Shown here piece by piece: positions 26,645 through 35,323 of a stretch of 64,000 bases of DNA (position 1 is its first letter; each line of letters begins with the position of its first letter). The stretch is taken from the NCBI GenBank assembly GCA_964538435.1, contig CAZIDX010000001.1, positions 64,393 through 128,392 on the forward strand, written 5' to 3'. The notes under the pieces are model-generated. The model saw only the letters and a list, made by a program, of their open reading frames with translations, had not been told where the DNA came from and did not search any database. Source of the stretch: an uncultured Gammaproteobacteria bacterium. Its GTDB lineage: Bacteria; Patescibacteriota; Patescibacteriia; UBA9934; GWF2-40-263. A program made the position numbers and the translations under genes.

Positions 26645-27418
26645 CTAGCCACCGAGACGGGTTCGCCCCATCTCGACCAGATCAGCGAGTGTGGCGAGGT
26701 CGTCATCGAATAGCACCATGGTGAGCTTCTCCCACATGTGGCCGAGCTGGCCCTCGCGGAAGGCAGCGACCTTCTTGTCGACCTCACCCGGAGGGATGAT
26801 CAGGACATTGAATCCGTCCGGATGCATCATGTTCGTGTCGAAGATGGTGTCGCCGATGCTCAACACTTGCTCAGGATGAAGGTCAGAGAGCTCGCGCCAA
26901 CGTGCTGCAGCCAGCGCCTTGGTCATGGGCAGGACCAAGTTCATGTTGCAGGCCTTGACCCGCATCTGTTCATCCACACCCAGACGAATGGCGGCCACAG
27001 GGCACGCCACATCGTAGCGCTCCTGCCAGCCACGAATCATCTGCTCGATGCCGAAGCTGCAGATCAGTGCAGGGCCTACCGTATCCATGAGCTCGTACGC
27101 ACCCTCTCGAGGTGCCAGCTCAGCACCAGCCTTGATCACGTCTGCAATGAGGACACCGTCCTTTTCCGCTCGCATGATCGGCAGAAGGGCCAGTGCCGCA
27201 TCGACGGCAGCGATGTTCTCCTCCATGATCGCACCCAGCAGCCAGTCCTCATTCTCCAGATCGTCCGGGGCATTGCCGTTGTTGCGAGTCGTGTGGTACC
27301 AGTCGATGGCCTCCTTGCCGAGCCGCTTGGACTCGTCAGACATGAGCGCCTCGAACGCCCGCCACTGACTGTCCGTGATCAGGGTGCCACAAAAGTCGTA
27401 CACACCGCCACGGACCAT
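26645..27418 (-). CDS. HAD-superfamily hydrolase-like protein; GC-rich
   Basis: Motif I-like VYDFCGTLIT near the N-terminus, with Cys replacing the second Asp. Motif IV-like IGDTIFD. I prefer the internal ATG at 27418 over the ORF-track start at 27658, which overlaps the neighbouring gene. Confidence 0.45.
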   Translation of the reverse strand: MVRGGVYDFCGTLITDSQWRAFEALMSDESKRLGKEAIDWYHTTRNNGNAPDDLENEDWLLGAIMEENIAAVDAALALLPIMRAEKDGVLIADVIKAGAELAPREGAYELMDTVGPALICSFGIEQMIRGWQERYDVACPVAAIRLGVDEQMRVKACNMNLVLPMTKALAAARWRELSDLHPEQVLSIGDTIFDTNMMHPDGFNVLIIPPGEVDKKVAAFREGQLGHMWEKLTMVLFDDDLATLADLVEMGRTRLGG

Positions 27419-27611
27419 GCCCGCGAAGTCAAAGAGGTCTGGGGTCGGAACCCGAGAAATGATCTGCGGGACACCTGAATCGATCAGGGTAAGAGCGTCG
27501 TACAGGTTCGTGACGTGGGAGATGGGAAAGTGCACAGTTCCTCCTGTGATCCACAGGGATCGAAAAAGCCGTCTGTTGACGGCCTTGATCTTATCAATAT
27601 TGGTATTTGTG

Positions 27612-28202
27612 TCAATTTGCTTGCGCCCAATCGTAAAACTCAGCAGCAGAACTCGCATTCAAATCAGCGTCAATCGTTGAATATCCAGGATTATGTCCTT
27701 CCGTGATCTCAATAGGCACAGGAAGAAGCATGTATTCATTGGAAAATTTAAGTGTTGTCTGCACGGAACCTTCGATTGGAATCACATGCACAGACTCAAG
27801 AAAATTGTAGTTCACAACAGAAGCAGAGCCATTTTCAACAACGTTTTCAGTCTGATTCGTAGTTATCCACACCGGCGTACCTCCAGCCTCAACCACGATT
27901 CGTCCGCGAATAATCCGAATCGTCGGCCCATCCTCGCTCAAATCCTCAAGCTCCAGACGAGTATTTTCCGCTAGATACACATGAATATCTTCTCCAATCT
28001 TTAGCTCAAGCCAAGTATAGGCCGTGTCAACATACGCTCCGCGCTTAAACTCACTGCCAATCTGATAATCAGAAGCTCCATCAATCTGCATCACAACAAC
28101 ATCCAGCCGAGGTTCAACAACAAAGCGTTGCACGATGAGAAGTCCAAAAATAATAGCAATGATCAATCCTGACAGAACAATGGGTAAATGTTTTTTGGTC
28201 AT
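27612..28202 (-). CDS. membrane-anchored hypothetical protein
   Basis: MTKKHLPIVLSGLIIAIIFGLLIV is a single TM anchor. The first ATG is at 28202; the ORF track used a TTG. Confidence 0.5.
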   Translation of the reverse strand: MTKKHLPIVLSGLIIAIIFGLLIVQRFVVEPRLDVVVMQIDGASDYQIGSEFKRGAYVDTAYTWLELKIGEDIHVYLAENTRLELEDLSEDGPTIRIIRGRIVVEAGGTPVWITTNQTENVVENGSASVVNYNFLESVHVIPIEGSVQTTLKFSNEYMLLPVPIEITEGHNPGYSTIDADLNASSAAEFYDWAQAN

Positions 28203-28252
28203 ATGCAATCCAGGTTATGATAAGATTGTAACGTAGAAATCAAAGCTTGCCT

Positions 28253-29212
28253 ATGAAAAACATCCTAACCCTCAGCCTGCTGTGCCTAATCGTTTTTGCC
28301 GGCATTGGCTGCACACAAACCTCATCACTCTCGGCTGAAGAGGCTGCAAGCGCACTTTCACTTCAAACAGGCGCAGAGATTATCGTTCGCCCAACCGTTT
28401 TTGGTGTTGGCGGAGCAATCGTTGAGTGGCTTGGGAGTGAAGAAAACGAATGGGAGGTTGATCTAACAAGTTGGTCCACAGCTGCCTCAGTCACCCTGAG
28501 CTGGTCTGTTACCTCCGAGGTTGAAACAGACGCATCAAAAGCAGCCATCTACGCCTACGAGCAGGAATATGCAGAAACCCCAATCGGAGTTGAGATCCCA
28601 GATCCACCTGAACCGCAATACGAAGAAGTTGTGAAAAGCGGCTCACTCGCAAGCGAATCACTCTCAAACGCACAGCGCCTCACACTCCCTGAGTATTGGC
28701 CAGAAGGCGATGCGGGCGTGCAAGACTCATCACTCATTTGGCTTTCTGCCGATCAATACAACGAACTCGTAAATACACGCGCTACATCAATCAGTCTAGG
28801 TCTCTTTGACGAGTCAGTCATGCAAGCAGAAAACGCAGCAGAGACCATGCAAAACCTCGTTGATCAGTTTAAAGGCTTGTTTCCAGGATCAGAGGAGGGG
28901 GGTGATACAGAAGAGACAACTGATGCTTTGCTAGATATTACAACCGTCAACGCCGATGGTGACTGGGGGACCTACACACTCACGGTTAACAATGTTCGCA
29001 CTAAAGTCCGCACCATCGAAGCCGAAAATAAGTTTGCGACCTACACCATTCTTGCCAACCCAAACAATCCAATCATTCTAGAGATAAAACTCAGTCCATT
29101 AGCCCAAGGAACTGTTCAAGCCTTCAACCCAACAAACATAGCTAGTAGTTTCTCAGGGTATGAGATCATAAAGATAAACTCAGTCGTAAGCGAAGAAACG
29201 GAATCGATATAA
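28253..29212 (+). CDS. lipoprotein, hypothetical
   Basis: MKNILTLSLLCLIVFAGIGC is a signal peptide plus lipobox. The mature protein is Asp-, Glu-, Ser- and Thr-rich. Confidence 0.6.
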   Translation: MKNILTLSLLCLIVFAGIGCTQTSSLSAEEAASALSLQTGAEIIVRPTVFGVGGAIVEWLGSEENEWEVDLTSWSTAASVTLSWSVTSEVETDASKAAIYAYEQEYAETPIGVEIPDPPEPQYEEVVKSGSLASESLSNAQRLTLPEYWPEGDAGVQDSSLIWLSADQYNELVNTRATSISLGLFDESVMQAENAAETMQNLVDQFKGLFPGSEEGGDTEETTDALLDITTVNADGDWGTYTLTVNNVRTKVRTIEAENKFATYTILANPNNPIILEIKLSPLAQGTVQAFNPTNIASSFSGYEIIKINSVVSEETESI

Positions 29213-29221
29213 TGAATTCAC

Positions 29222-29243
29222 TTCGTACCTACGAACAAAATTC
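29222..29243 (+). repeat. second copy of the short motif ttcgtaCCtacgaacaaaattc
   Basis: Matches 8857-8878. Confidence 0.5.
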
Positions 29244-29302
29244 AGATACAAAAAAACGGCACAGTAGACAGCCCGCCCTGATCGTAGTATCGGGGTTTTG
29301 TA

Positions 29303-29330
29303 ATTGAAAACACCGTCCGTAGACGGTGCC
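29303..29330 (-). terminator. rho-independent terminator for paralog A (minus strand)
   Basis: caccgtc-cgta-gacggtg. On the minus strand it is followed by TTTT. Confidence 0.45.
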
Positions 29331-29347
29331 GTTGCCGACGTGTTCGG

Positions 29348-29827
29348 CTAGCCCATGGCGATCAGGGCGCTTGGTTGCATGAGTAGGAGCTCCGCAACGG
29401 TCATGCCGTGCTTTCGCCAGTGCTCTGCAGCCTCGAATGAGAGGCCGCCATCTTCCTCGTCAGCCAGGAAGATCTCATCGTGCAGCGGTTCCCAGTCTTG
29501 AAGCTGGCTGATGAGGTCGAGCTGCCCGCACAGGCGCCTGAACTCGGCATCCAGGAGCATCTCCATGTGGTTGTGATCCTCAGTGCTGCAGAGCTGCCTG
29601 AGCCAGTCATTCCTGATGGAAACCACCACCTCACGCCGCAGGAACACAAGCGTGCGTCCATCCAGCGGAAGTCTCTGGTGCGTTTCCGTCAGCTGACAGA
29701 GCCTGTTGCAGAATTGCCTCCAAGCATCCCGCGTCTCAGGTGCGATGAAGTTCACAAATCGAGGGTCATCAGCAAGTCTCTCCCAGACCCGCTCGCCAGT
29801 CAAAGTATCGGTGTCCACTACGACCAC
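29348..29827 (-). CDS. GC-rich hypothetical protein, paralog A of a tandem pair
   Basis: Shares (T/D)LL(T/S)GE..WE.L near the N-terminus and W...G(M/N)MT(V/I)..LLL(M/I)QPS at the C-terminus with the neighbouring gene. I prefer the GTG at 29827, which follows a perfect AAGGAG SD; the ORF-track TTG is at 29875. Confidence 0.5.
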   Translation of the reverse strand: MVVVDTDTLTGERVWERLADDPRFVNFIAPETRDAWRQFCNRLCQLTETHQRLPLDGRTLVFLRREVVVSIRNDWLRQLCSTEDHNHMEMLLDAEFRRLCGQLDLISQLQDWEPLHDEIFLADEEDGGLSFEAAEHWRKHGMTVAELLLMQPSALIAMG

Positions 29828-29911
29828 CCCTTTCTCCTTGTCAAGATTTTTAACATGACACACAGTCCACGTCAATAAGAAAACACCGCCGCAAGACAGT
29901 GTTCGTTGATC

Positions 29912-30439
29912 CTATCGGATCGGAATCAGGAACAGGCTTGGCTGGATCAGGAGCAGGTCCCGGATGGTCATGTTTCCTTGCTCCCATCTCTGCATTGCCA
30001 CAGACGAGAAACTTCCTCCACCTGGGCATTTCAGGAAGTAGCGCAGGTTATCCTCATCGAGGTCAAGCATGTCTCTGTGGTTCGTGAGTGCATCATGAAG
30101 CACATTCGCTTGCGAAATCAGAGCCATACAACCAATCTCGAGAGTAGTTACGTGATATGCCCTAGCTGCTATCTTGTCGACCTCATCAGGCAGATGTGGG
30201 TGCAGGTAGCACCTGGGAATCCATTCGCCCTCGATCAAGAACATGAGTGCAGCGTGCTTTGTCTTGATAAAACTCTCTGCACTAATACTGCTCGACAGGT
30301 GAGGAGCAAAAGTTGAGGCGATTGCATCACACAACGCCACCCAAGCTTCTTTGTTGGGCTCAGGAAACATAGATTGGAAGAGCTCTTCTTCCCGAAGTGC
30401 TTCCCAAAGCTGTTCGCCACTGAGCAGGTCAGTAGTCAT
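29912..30439 (-). CDS. GC-rich hypothetical protein, paralog B of a tandem pair
   Basis: Homologous to paralog A. The internal ATG at 30439 gives an N-terminus (MTTDLLSGEQLWEAL) that aligns with A. Confidence 0.5.
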   Translation of the reverse strand: MTTDLLSGEQLWEALREEELFQSMFPEPNKEAWVALCDAIASTFAPHLSSSISAESFIKTKHAALMFLIEGEWIPRCYLHPHLPDEVDKIAARAYHVTTLEIGCMALISQANVLHDALTNHRDMLDLDEDNLRYFLKCPGGGSFSSVAMQRWEQGNMTIRDLLLIQPSLFLIPIR

Positions 30440-30530
30440 GCGCGTCCCTTCTGCGTGCCTCCACGCGTTCTGAACGTTTTGCCACAGACAAAGCAAGCTG
30501 TCAATACACCCCACCCCACCAGCAACCAAA

Positions 30531-30625
30531 AAAGATTAAACAAAAATACAACCCATTGTTGGTGGTAGCCCATGCGATATAGGCTGCCCGGTTCCGACAA
30601 TGGGTTGTATTTTTGTTTAATCTTT
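30531..30625. repeat. perfect 29 bp inverted repeat with a 37 nt spacer; likely era terminator and boundary of the GC-rich island
   Basis: aaagattaaacaaaaatacaacccattgt ... acaatgggttgtatttttgtttaatcttt. On the minus strand the hairpin is followed by TTTTTTGG. Confidence 0.55.
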
Positions 30626-30636
30626 GAGGACGCATC

Positions 30637-31485
30637 TTATTCAAACCGAACCATCCAATGTGGATCAACTTCCACTTCCATATCCAAGAAAACTTTCGCT
30701 TGCATCACAAGCTCGAGTTCTTTGCGCGTGCTTTGCCCAATCTCTTTGATTCCACGACCACCTTGCCCAATAATCATTCGCTTGTACCGGTCATCAGTGG
30801 TGAAGATCGTGGCAGCAATGTACATCATGCCATTCTCACGCTTCTCAACCTCAGAAACTTCCACATGCGTAGTGTACGGAACCTCCTGGCGCAACCGGAG
30901 GAACAGCTTCTCTCGAATGAGCTCTGCAAGCCAGAACTTGTTCGGCATGCTTGTGAGTTGGCCTTCTGGGTAGTACGCCTCGCCCTCAGGGAGCAGCTCT
31001 AGGATGGTATCAATAAGTTTCAATGTGTTTGTGCCGCGAAGAGCTGAGACTTCAACAACATGATCAAAGTCCTCACCAAGATCTCTGTAGAAATCAATAA
31101 AAGGTTTCTTTTGAAGGTCGATCTTATTGATGACCAAAATCTTTGGGCATTTCACGTCCTTAATCATGCGGATCACAGATTTTTCTTCATCTCCAATGTC
31201 TCGAGTGGGATCGACAATGTACGCAATCACATCAACATCAACAAGAGATGCCTTCACAGCGTCAGAGAGCCTCTTTGAAAGCAGATCTTTAGCACCTTTC
31301 AGCACTCCTGGAGTGTCCACAAAAACAATCTGACCCTCTTCTCGAGAAAGAATTCCTTGAATAGGCAGGCGAGTTGTTTGCGGCTTTGGAGTTGTAATGG
31401 CGACCTTTGAGCCGACCATTGTATTCATGAGCGTGGACTTTCCAACATTAGATCGTCCAATCATGACAGCGAATCCTGATTTCAT
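30637..31485 (-). CDS. era: GTPase Era
   Basis: G1 motif GRSNVGKSTLMN and a C-terminal KH domain. Length 282 aa. Confidence 0.9.
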   Translation of the reverse strand: MKSGFAVMIGRSNVGKSTLMNTMVGSKVAITTPKPQTTRLPIQGILSREEGQIVFVDTPGVLKGAKDLLSKRLSDAVKASLVDVDVIAYIVDPTRDIGDEEKSVIRMIKDVKCPKILVINKIDLQKKPFIDFYRDLGEDFDHVVEVSALRGTNTLKLIDTILELLPEGEAYYPEGQLTSMPNKFWLAELIREKLFLRLRQEVPYTTHVEVSEVEKRENGMMYIAATIFTTDDRYKRMIIGQGGRGIKEIGQSTRKELELVMQAKVFLDMEVEVDPHWMVRFE

Positions 31486-31496
31486 AGAAATTGAGG

Positions 31497-32642
31497 TTAT
31501 CGGCGCACTAAATGTGCAACCAGCTCAACATGCGGAGTGTGCGGGAACATATCAATCGCACGCATGTTGTTAATTTGATAAAGCTTTTGTAATTCTACCA
31601 TCTCCCGAGCAAAGTTTTTGTAGTTACACGAAACATAAACAATCTCCACTGGCGCAGCATCCATGACATCCTTGAGTGCACGGTCGTGCATCCCGCTTCG
31701 AGGTGGGTCCAGGATCACAATGTCTGCATCAAACTGCTTCCAATCAAAATCTTCAGTCTTGGCTGAGTGGTATTCAGCGTCAACACCATTCGCCTTTGCA
31801 TTCTTCTTTGCATCAGCAATCGCATCTTCTACAAGCTCTACGCCAATCGTTTTCTTTGCACGCCCAGCCAGAGCGATCGAGAAGAATCCAGTTCCGCAAA
31901 AGAGATCAAGTAAGGTTTTCACAGAAAGATCTCCGCAAAACTCATCAACCGTATCAAGAAGGAGCTCAGCGCCATCAGGATTGGTTTGAAAGAAAGCATT
32001 CGGGCTAATCCGATACGTAGAACCACCAATGGTTTCATGAATCACACCATCGCCATGGATAGTCTCGAGAATATCACCAAAAGAAACGTCTCCAACTGTA
32101 CTGTTCTGCGACCAAATGAGCGTGCTCACACCTGTCTGTTCCACAAGCTTTGCAAGTTCACCTCGCAGCAAAGTCTCTTCGTCTGAGTTTGCAGGAACAC
32201 TGGTTACAATATTGAGCATCGCTTCGCCGCCTCGCGCGGTTCTGATCACTGCATAACGCAGAAGACCATGATGTGCTTTACGATCGAAAAACGAAAGACC
32301 AGCTTCCTGAGTCCATGCACGAACCACATGAAAGATCCTTTCGATTTCCTCACTGCCTAAAAAGCAGGTGTGTCCATCAATAACCTTCCACCACTTTCCC
32401 TTCATCCGCATTCCAACTCGTCCTTCAAAATCAATGACAAAGTCCATGCGATTACGGTAGTGTGCTCTCACAGGAGAGGGGAGAATGCTCTCACATTTCA
32501 AATCAAGCTCTTTGAGAGCAAAAGATCCATTAATATCCGAAAGCTTTTGCTGAAGTTGCTTCTCATACGGGATATGAGACCAGCTGCAAGAGCCGCAGAT
32601 TTCTTTGTTTGGGCAGAGTGTTTGCATAAATCGTCCGAACAC
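31497..32642 (-). CDS. rlmD: 23S rRNA (uracil-5-)-methyltransferase RlmD/RumA family
   Basis: N-terminal TRAM-like region. SAM-binding DLFCGTGFFSIALA. Catalytic VYVSCN. Confidence 0.8.
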   Translation of the reverse strand: MFGRFMQTLCPNKEICGSCSWSHIPYEKQLQQKLSDINGSFALKELDLKCESILPSPVRAHYRNRMDFVIDFEGRVGMRMKGKWWKVIDGHTCFLGSEEIERIFHVVRAWTQEAGLSFFDRKAHHGLLRYAVIRTARGGEAMLNIVTSVPANSDEETLLRGELAKLVEQTGVSTLIWSQNSTVGDVSFGDILETIHGDGVIHETIGGSTYRISPNAFFQTNPDGAELLLDTVDEFCGDLSVKTLLDLFCGTGFFSIALAGRAKKTIGVELVEDAIADAKKNAKANGVDAEYHSAKTEDFDWKQFDADIVILDPPRSGMHDRALKDVMDAAPVEIVYVSCNYKNFAREMVELQKLYQINNMRAIDMFPHTPHVELVAHLVRR

Positions 32643-32670
32643 TACCGTATTTTTGCTAAAATATCAAGGT

Positions 32671-33120
32671 ATGATTGTAATCGCTCACAATATCCGCTCG
32701 CTCCACAACGTCGGCTCCATCTTTCGTAGTGCAAACGCCTTTGGGGTTGAGAAGCTCTTCCTCACTGGCTACACCGGCGCTCCACCAAGAAAAGAGATTG
32801 CAAAGGTTTCTCTTAAGGCCGAGCACACGCTACCTTGGGAGTCGGTTGAGGATGTGGATGCCGTTATCAAAACACTCAAAAAGGATGGTTACAAGATTCT
32901 TGCGCTCGACAATGTTCCAGGGGCAGAACCTCTTGGCACTCCAATCGATAATCAGAAATTAGTGCTCATTTTGGGAAACGAGGTCGAGGGAACCGACGAG
33001 CAAACAAGAAGGTTGTGTGACAGGATTGTATTTATCCCCACCAAGGGTCACAAAAAGTCCCTAAACGTGTCTGTTGCAACAGGGGTTGCACTGTTTGCTC
33101 TCACTTCAGATTCGCGCTAA
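32671..33120 (+). CDS. SpoU/TrmH-family RNA 2'-O-methyltransferase
   Basis: MIVIAHNIRSLHNVGSIFRSANAFGV and the later LILGNEVEG motif. Confidence 0.75.
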   Translation: MIVIAHNIRSLHNVGSIFRSANAFGVEKLFLTGYTGAPPRKEIAKVSLKAEHTLPWESVEDVDAVIKTLKKDGYKILALDNVPGAEPLGTPIDNQKLVLILGNEVEGTDEQTRRLCDRIVFIPTKGHKKSLNVSVATGVALFALTSDSR

Positions 33121-33131
33121 AATAAGGCTAT

Positions 33132-33854
33132 ATGCTCAGCATTGTGATCCCCACCCTTGACGAGGAAGAAGCCCTTCCCGTCCTTCTTGAATCTATAAAG
33201 CGACAGACACTGCAGCCAGATGAAGTCATCGTGGCAGATGGTCCGTCAAAAGACAGCACAAAGGAGATTGCAAAGTCGTTTGGAGCGACGATTGTTGAAG
33301 GTGGAACAGTGGTGCAGGGAAGAAACAACGGTGCAGCACATGCAAGCACAGAGCTCATTCTCTTTTTGGATGCAGATGTAGAATTGCGCGACCCAGAATT
33401 TCTGGAAAAGTCAGTGAAAGAGATGACAAAGAGAAAACTTGATCTCGCAACCTGTGATGTGTTTCCGCTCTCAGACCGTTACATCGACCACTTCTTGCAT
33501 AAAGCCTACAACGTCTACTCACGTGCATGGGGTTCGGTCTTCCCACATGCACCTGGATTTTGCATGTTTGTGCGTAAAGAAGCACACGACAAGATAGATG
33601 GATTTGATAGTGAGATTCCATTCTGTGAAGATCATGAGTACGCACAAAGGCTCGGTAAGGTCGGAAAGTTTGGAATCCTCAAGAGCACAAAGATCCCTGT
33701 ATCAATCCGCCGCATGGATCGTGACGGAAGGATCAATATCGCAGTGAAGTATCTGCTAGCGGAGCTTCATATAGCGTTTATCGGACCAATTAAGCACAAC
33801 CGATTCAATTACACATTTGGTCACAAAAAGGAAAAAGACAAACATGGGAATTGA
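33132..33854 (+). CDS. glycosyltransferase family 2
   Basis: LSIVIPTLDEEEAL and LDADVEL (DxD). Confidence 0.8.
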   Translation: MLSIVIPTLDEEEALPVLLESIKRQTLQPDEVIVADGPSKDSTKEIAKSFGATIVEGGTVVQGRNNGAAHASTELILFLDADVELRDPEFLEKSVKEMTKRKLDLATCDVFPLSDRYIDHFLHKAYNVYSRAWGSVFPHAPGFCMFVRKEAHDKIDGFDSEIPFCEDHEYAQRLGKVGKFGILKSTKIPVSIRRMDRDGRINIAVKYLLAELHIAFIGPIKHNRFNYTFGHKKEKDKHGN

Positions 33855-34761
33855 TTCCGTGAAAGCAAAACAAATCGCCTGGCATAATATCAGCAAAGTG
33901 TCAGAGCGCGACCTGGAGGAACTGCAGGGGGATTTTCGTTTCCATCATCTTGACTACGACGACATTCGCTCTGAAACACCGATCTCAAAGATGGATCCGT
34001 ATAAGCACTACATCTTTTTTGTGTTTCACATCCCAACACTCAAAAACGAGAAAAAGCATGTTCACGGGGAAGAGCTTTATATCTTCCTTCACAAGGATGG
34101 GATCGTAACGCTCTCGCACTGGCCAATCTCAGCACTTGATGCATTTTTTGAGCGCATGAACAAAAGCGCAAAGTTCAGAAACTCCATCATGAGCAAAGGC
34201 CCAGCCTACCTCATGTACCGCATTCTCATGGAGGTGTTCCGCAATGCACTCTCTATCGTAGGCACGCTCACAACAGAGGTAACTCGACTAGAAGAAGCGA
34301 TCGAGTCGCGCCATGAAAAAACGGTCACGGTTGACCTGGCACATGTAAGACGAAATGTGCTCTTCATGCGACATATCATTGATCCGCAAAGGCGCATGCT
34401 CACCAGTCTCATGAGCACAAAGAGGGTCTTCATCAAGGAAGACAACCTGCTCTACTTTGATGACCTGCAAGACGTTCTCGACACCATCTGGCTCACTGCT
34501 GACAACCTCAAGTTGATCATTGACGGACTATTTGATGTAAACGAAGCATTGCTTTCTCACAAGACAAACGAGATCATCACATTGCTCACTATTTTGTCAG
34601 CCTCGCTCATGCTCCCAACCTTGATTGCTGGATTCTACGGCATGAATGTGCCATGGCTGCCATTTGCAAACAGTGCACCCTTTATCACATTCCTGTACGG
34701 AATTGGATTTATTGGCATGGCAATCGTTGTGGTAGCAATCGTAAAAAGGCGAGATTGGTAG
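33844..34761 (+). CDS. corA: magnesium/cobalt transporter CorA
   Basis: YGMNVPWLP (GMN motif) precedes the last TM. ATG at 33844 is chosen inside the longer ORF. Confidence 0.85.
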   Translation: MGIDSVKAKQIAWHNISKVSERDLEELQGDFRFHHLDYDDIRSETPISKMDPYKHYIFFVFHIPTLKNEKKHVHGEELYIFLHKDGIVTLSHWPISALDAFFERMNKSAKFRNSIMSKGPAYLMYRILMEVFRNALSIVGTLTTEVTRLEEAIESRHEKTVTVDLAHVRRNVLFMRHIIDPQRRMLTSLMSTKRVFIKEDNLLYFDDLQDVLDTIWLTADNLKLIIDGLFDVNEALLSHKTNEIITLLTILSASLMLPTLIAGFYGMNVPWLPFANSAPFITFLYGIGFIGMAIVVVAIVKRRDW

Positions 34762-34762
34762 T

Positions 34763-35323
34763 ATGCAAATTCCCATTGTTGTCCAACATCGTCACGTACA
34801 TCTATCTGAAGCTGACAGGAAAGCTCTTTTTGGTGATGTTGAACTGACCCCTGTTCGTTCAATCAATCAAAAGGGGCAGGTTGTATACGCACAAACCGTT
34901 CAAGTCGTTGGTCCCAATGGAAGATTTGAACACGTAAGCGTGCTGGGACCAGACCGCACTGAAACCCAGGTTGAACTGTCCGCAAGTGATGCGTTTGCAC
35001 TAGGTATTAAAACAAGTACAAGAATCTCAGGAGACGTTACTCGATCTGGCTCCTGCAAACTCATCGGTCCAGCCGGTGAAGTGCTCTCAAAAAGTTCAGT
35101 CATTATTCCTGTGAGGCACTTGCACTGCGCTCCGCAAACAGCAGAGCACCTCGGACTGTCTCATCACGACATTATTTCACTCGCAGTAAAGGAAATCGGA
35201 AACGCAACAATTGATCAGGTTGTCGTGCGAGTTCATCCAACATATACGTTGGAATTTCATCTAACAAAAGATGAAGCGGCAGAGCACTGGATTCACTCTG
35301 GTGACTCAGCAAACATTGTATGA
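34763..35323 (+). CDS. pduL: phosphate propanoyl/acetyl-transferase, PduL-like
   Basis: Two PduL repeats with [16 protein letters not shown] and [20 protein letters not shown]. Confidence 0.65.
   Translation: MQIPIVVQHRHVHLSEADRKALFGDVELTPVRSINQKGQVVYAQTVQVVGPNGRFEHVSVLGPDRTETQVELSASDAFALGIKTSTRISGDVTRSGSCKLIGPAGEVLSKSSVIIPVRHLHCAPQTAEHLGLSHHDIISLAVKEIGNATIDQVVVRVHPTYTLEFHLTKDEAAEHWIHSGDSANIV

Noticed and set aside
27419-27658. Long N-terminal extension of the HAD-like ORF that would overlap the neighbouring minus-strand gene by 46 nt.
   Set aside because: HAD motif I belongs near the N-terminus, the composition changes at about 27570, and the overlap with the upstream gene is implausible.
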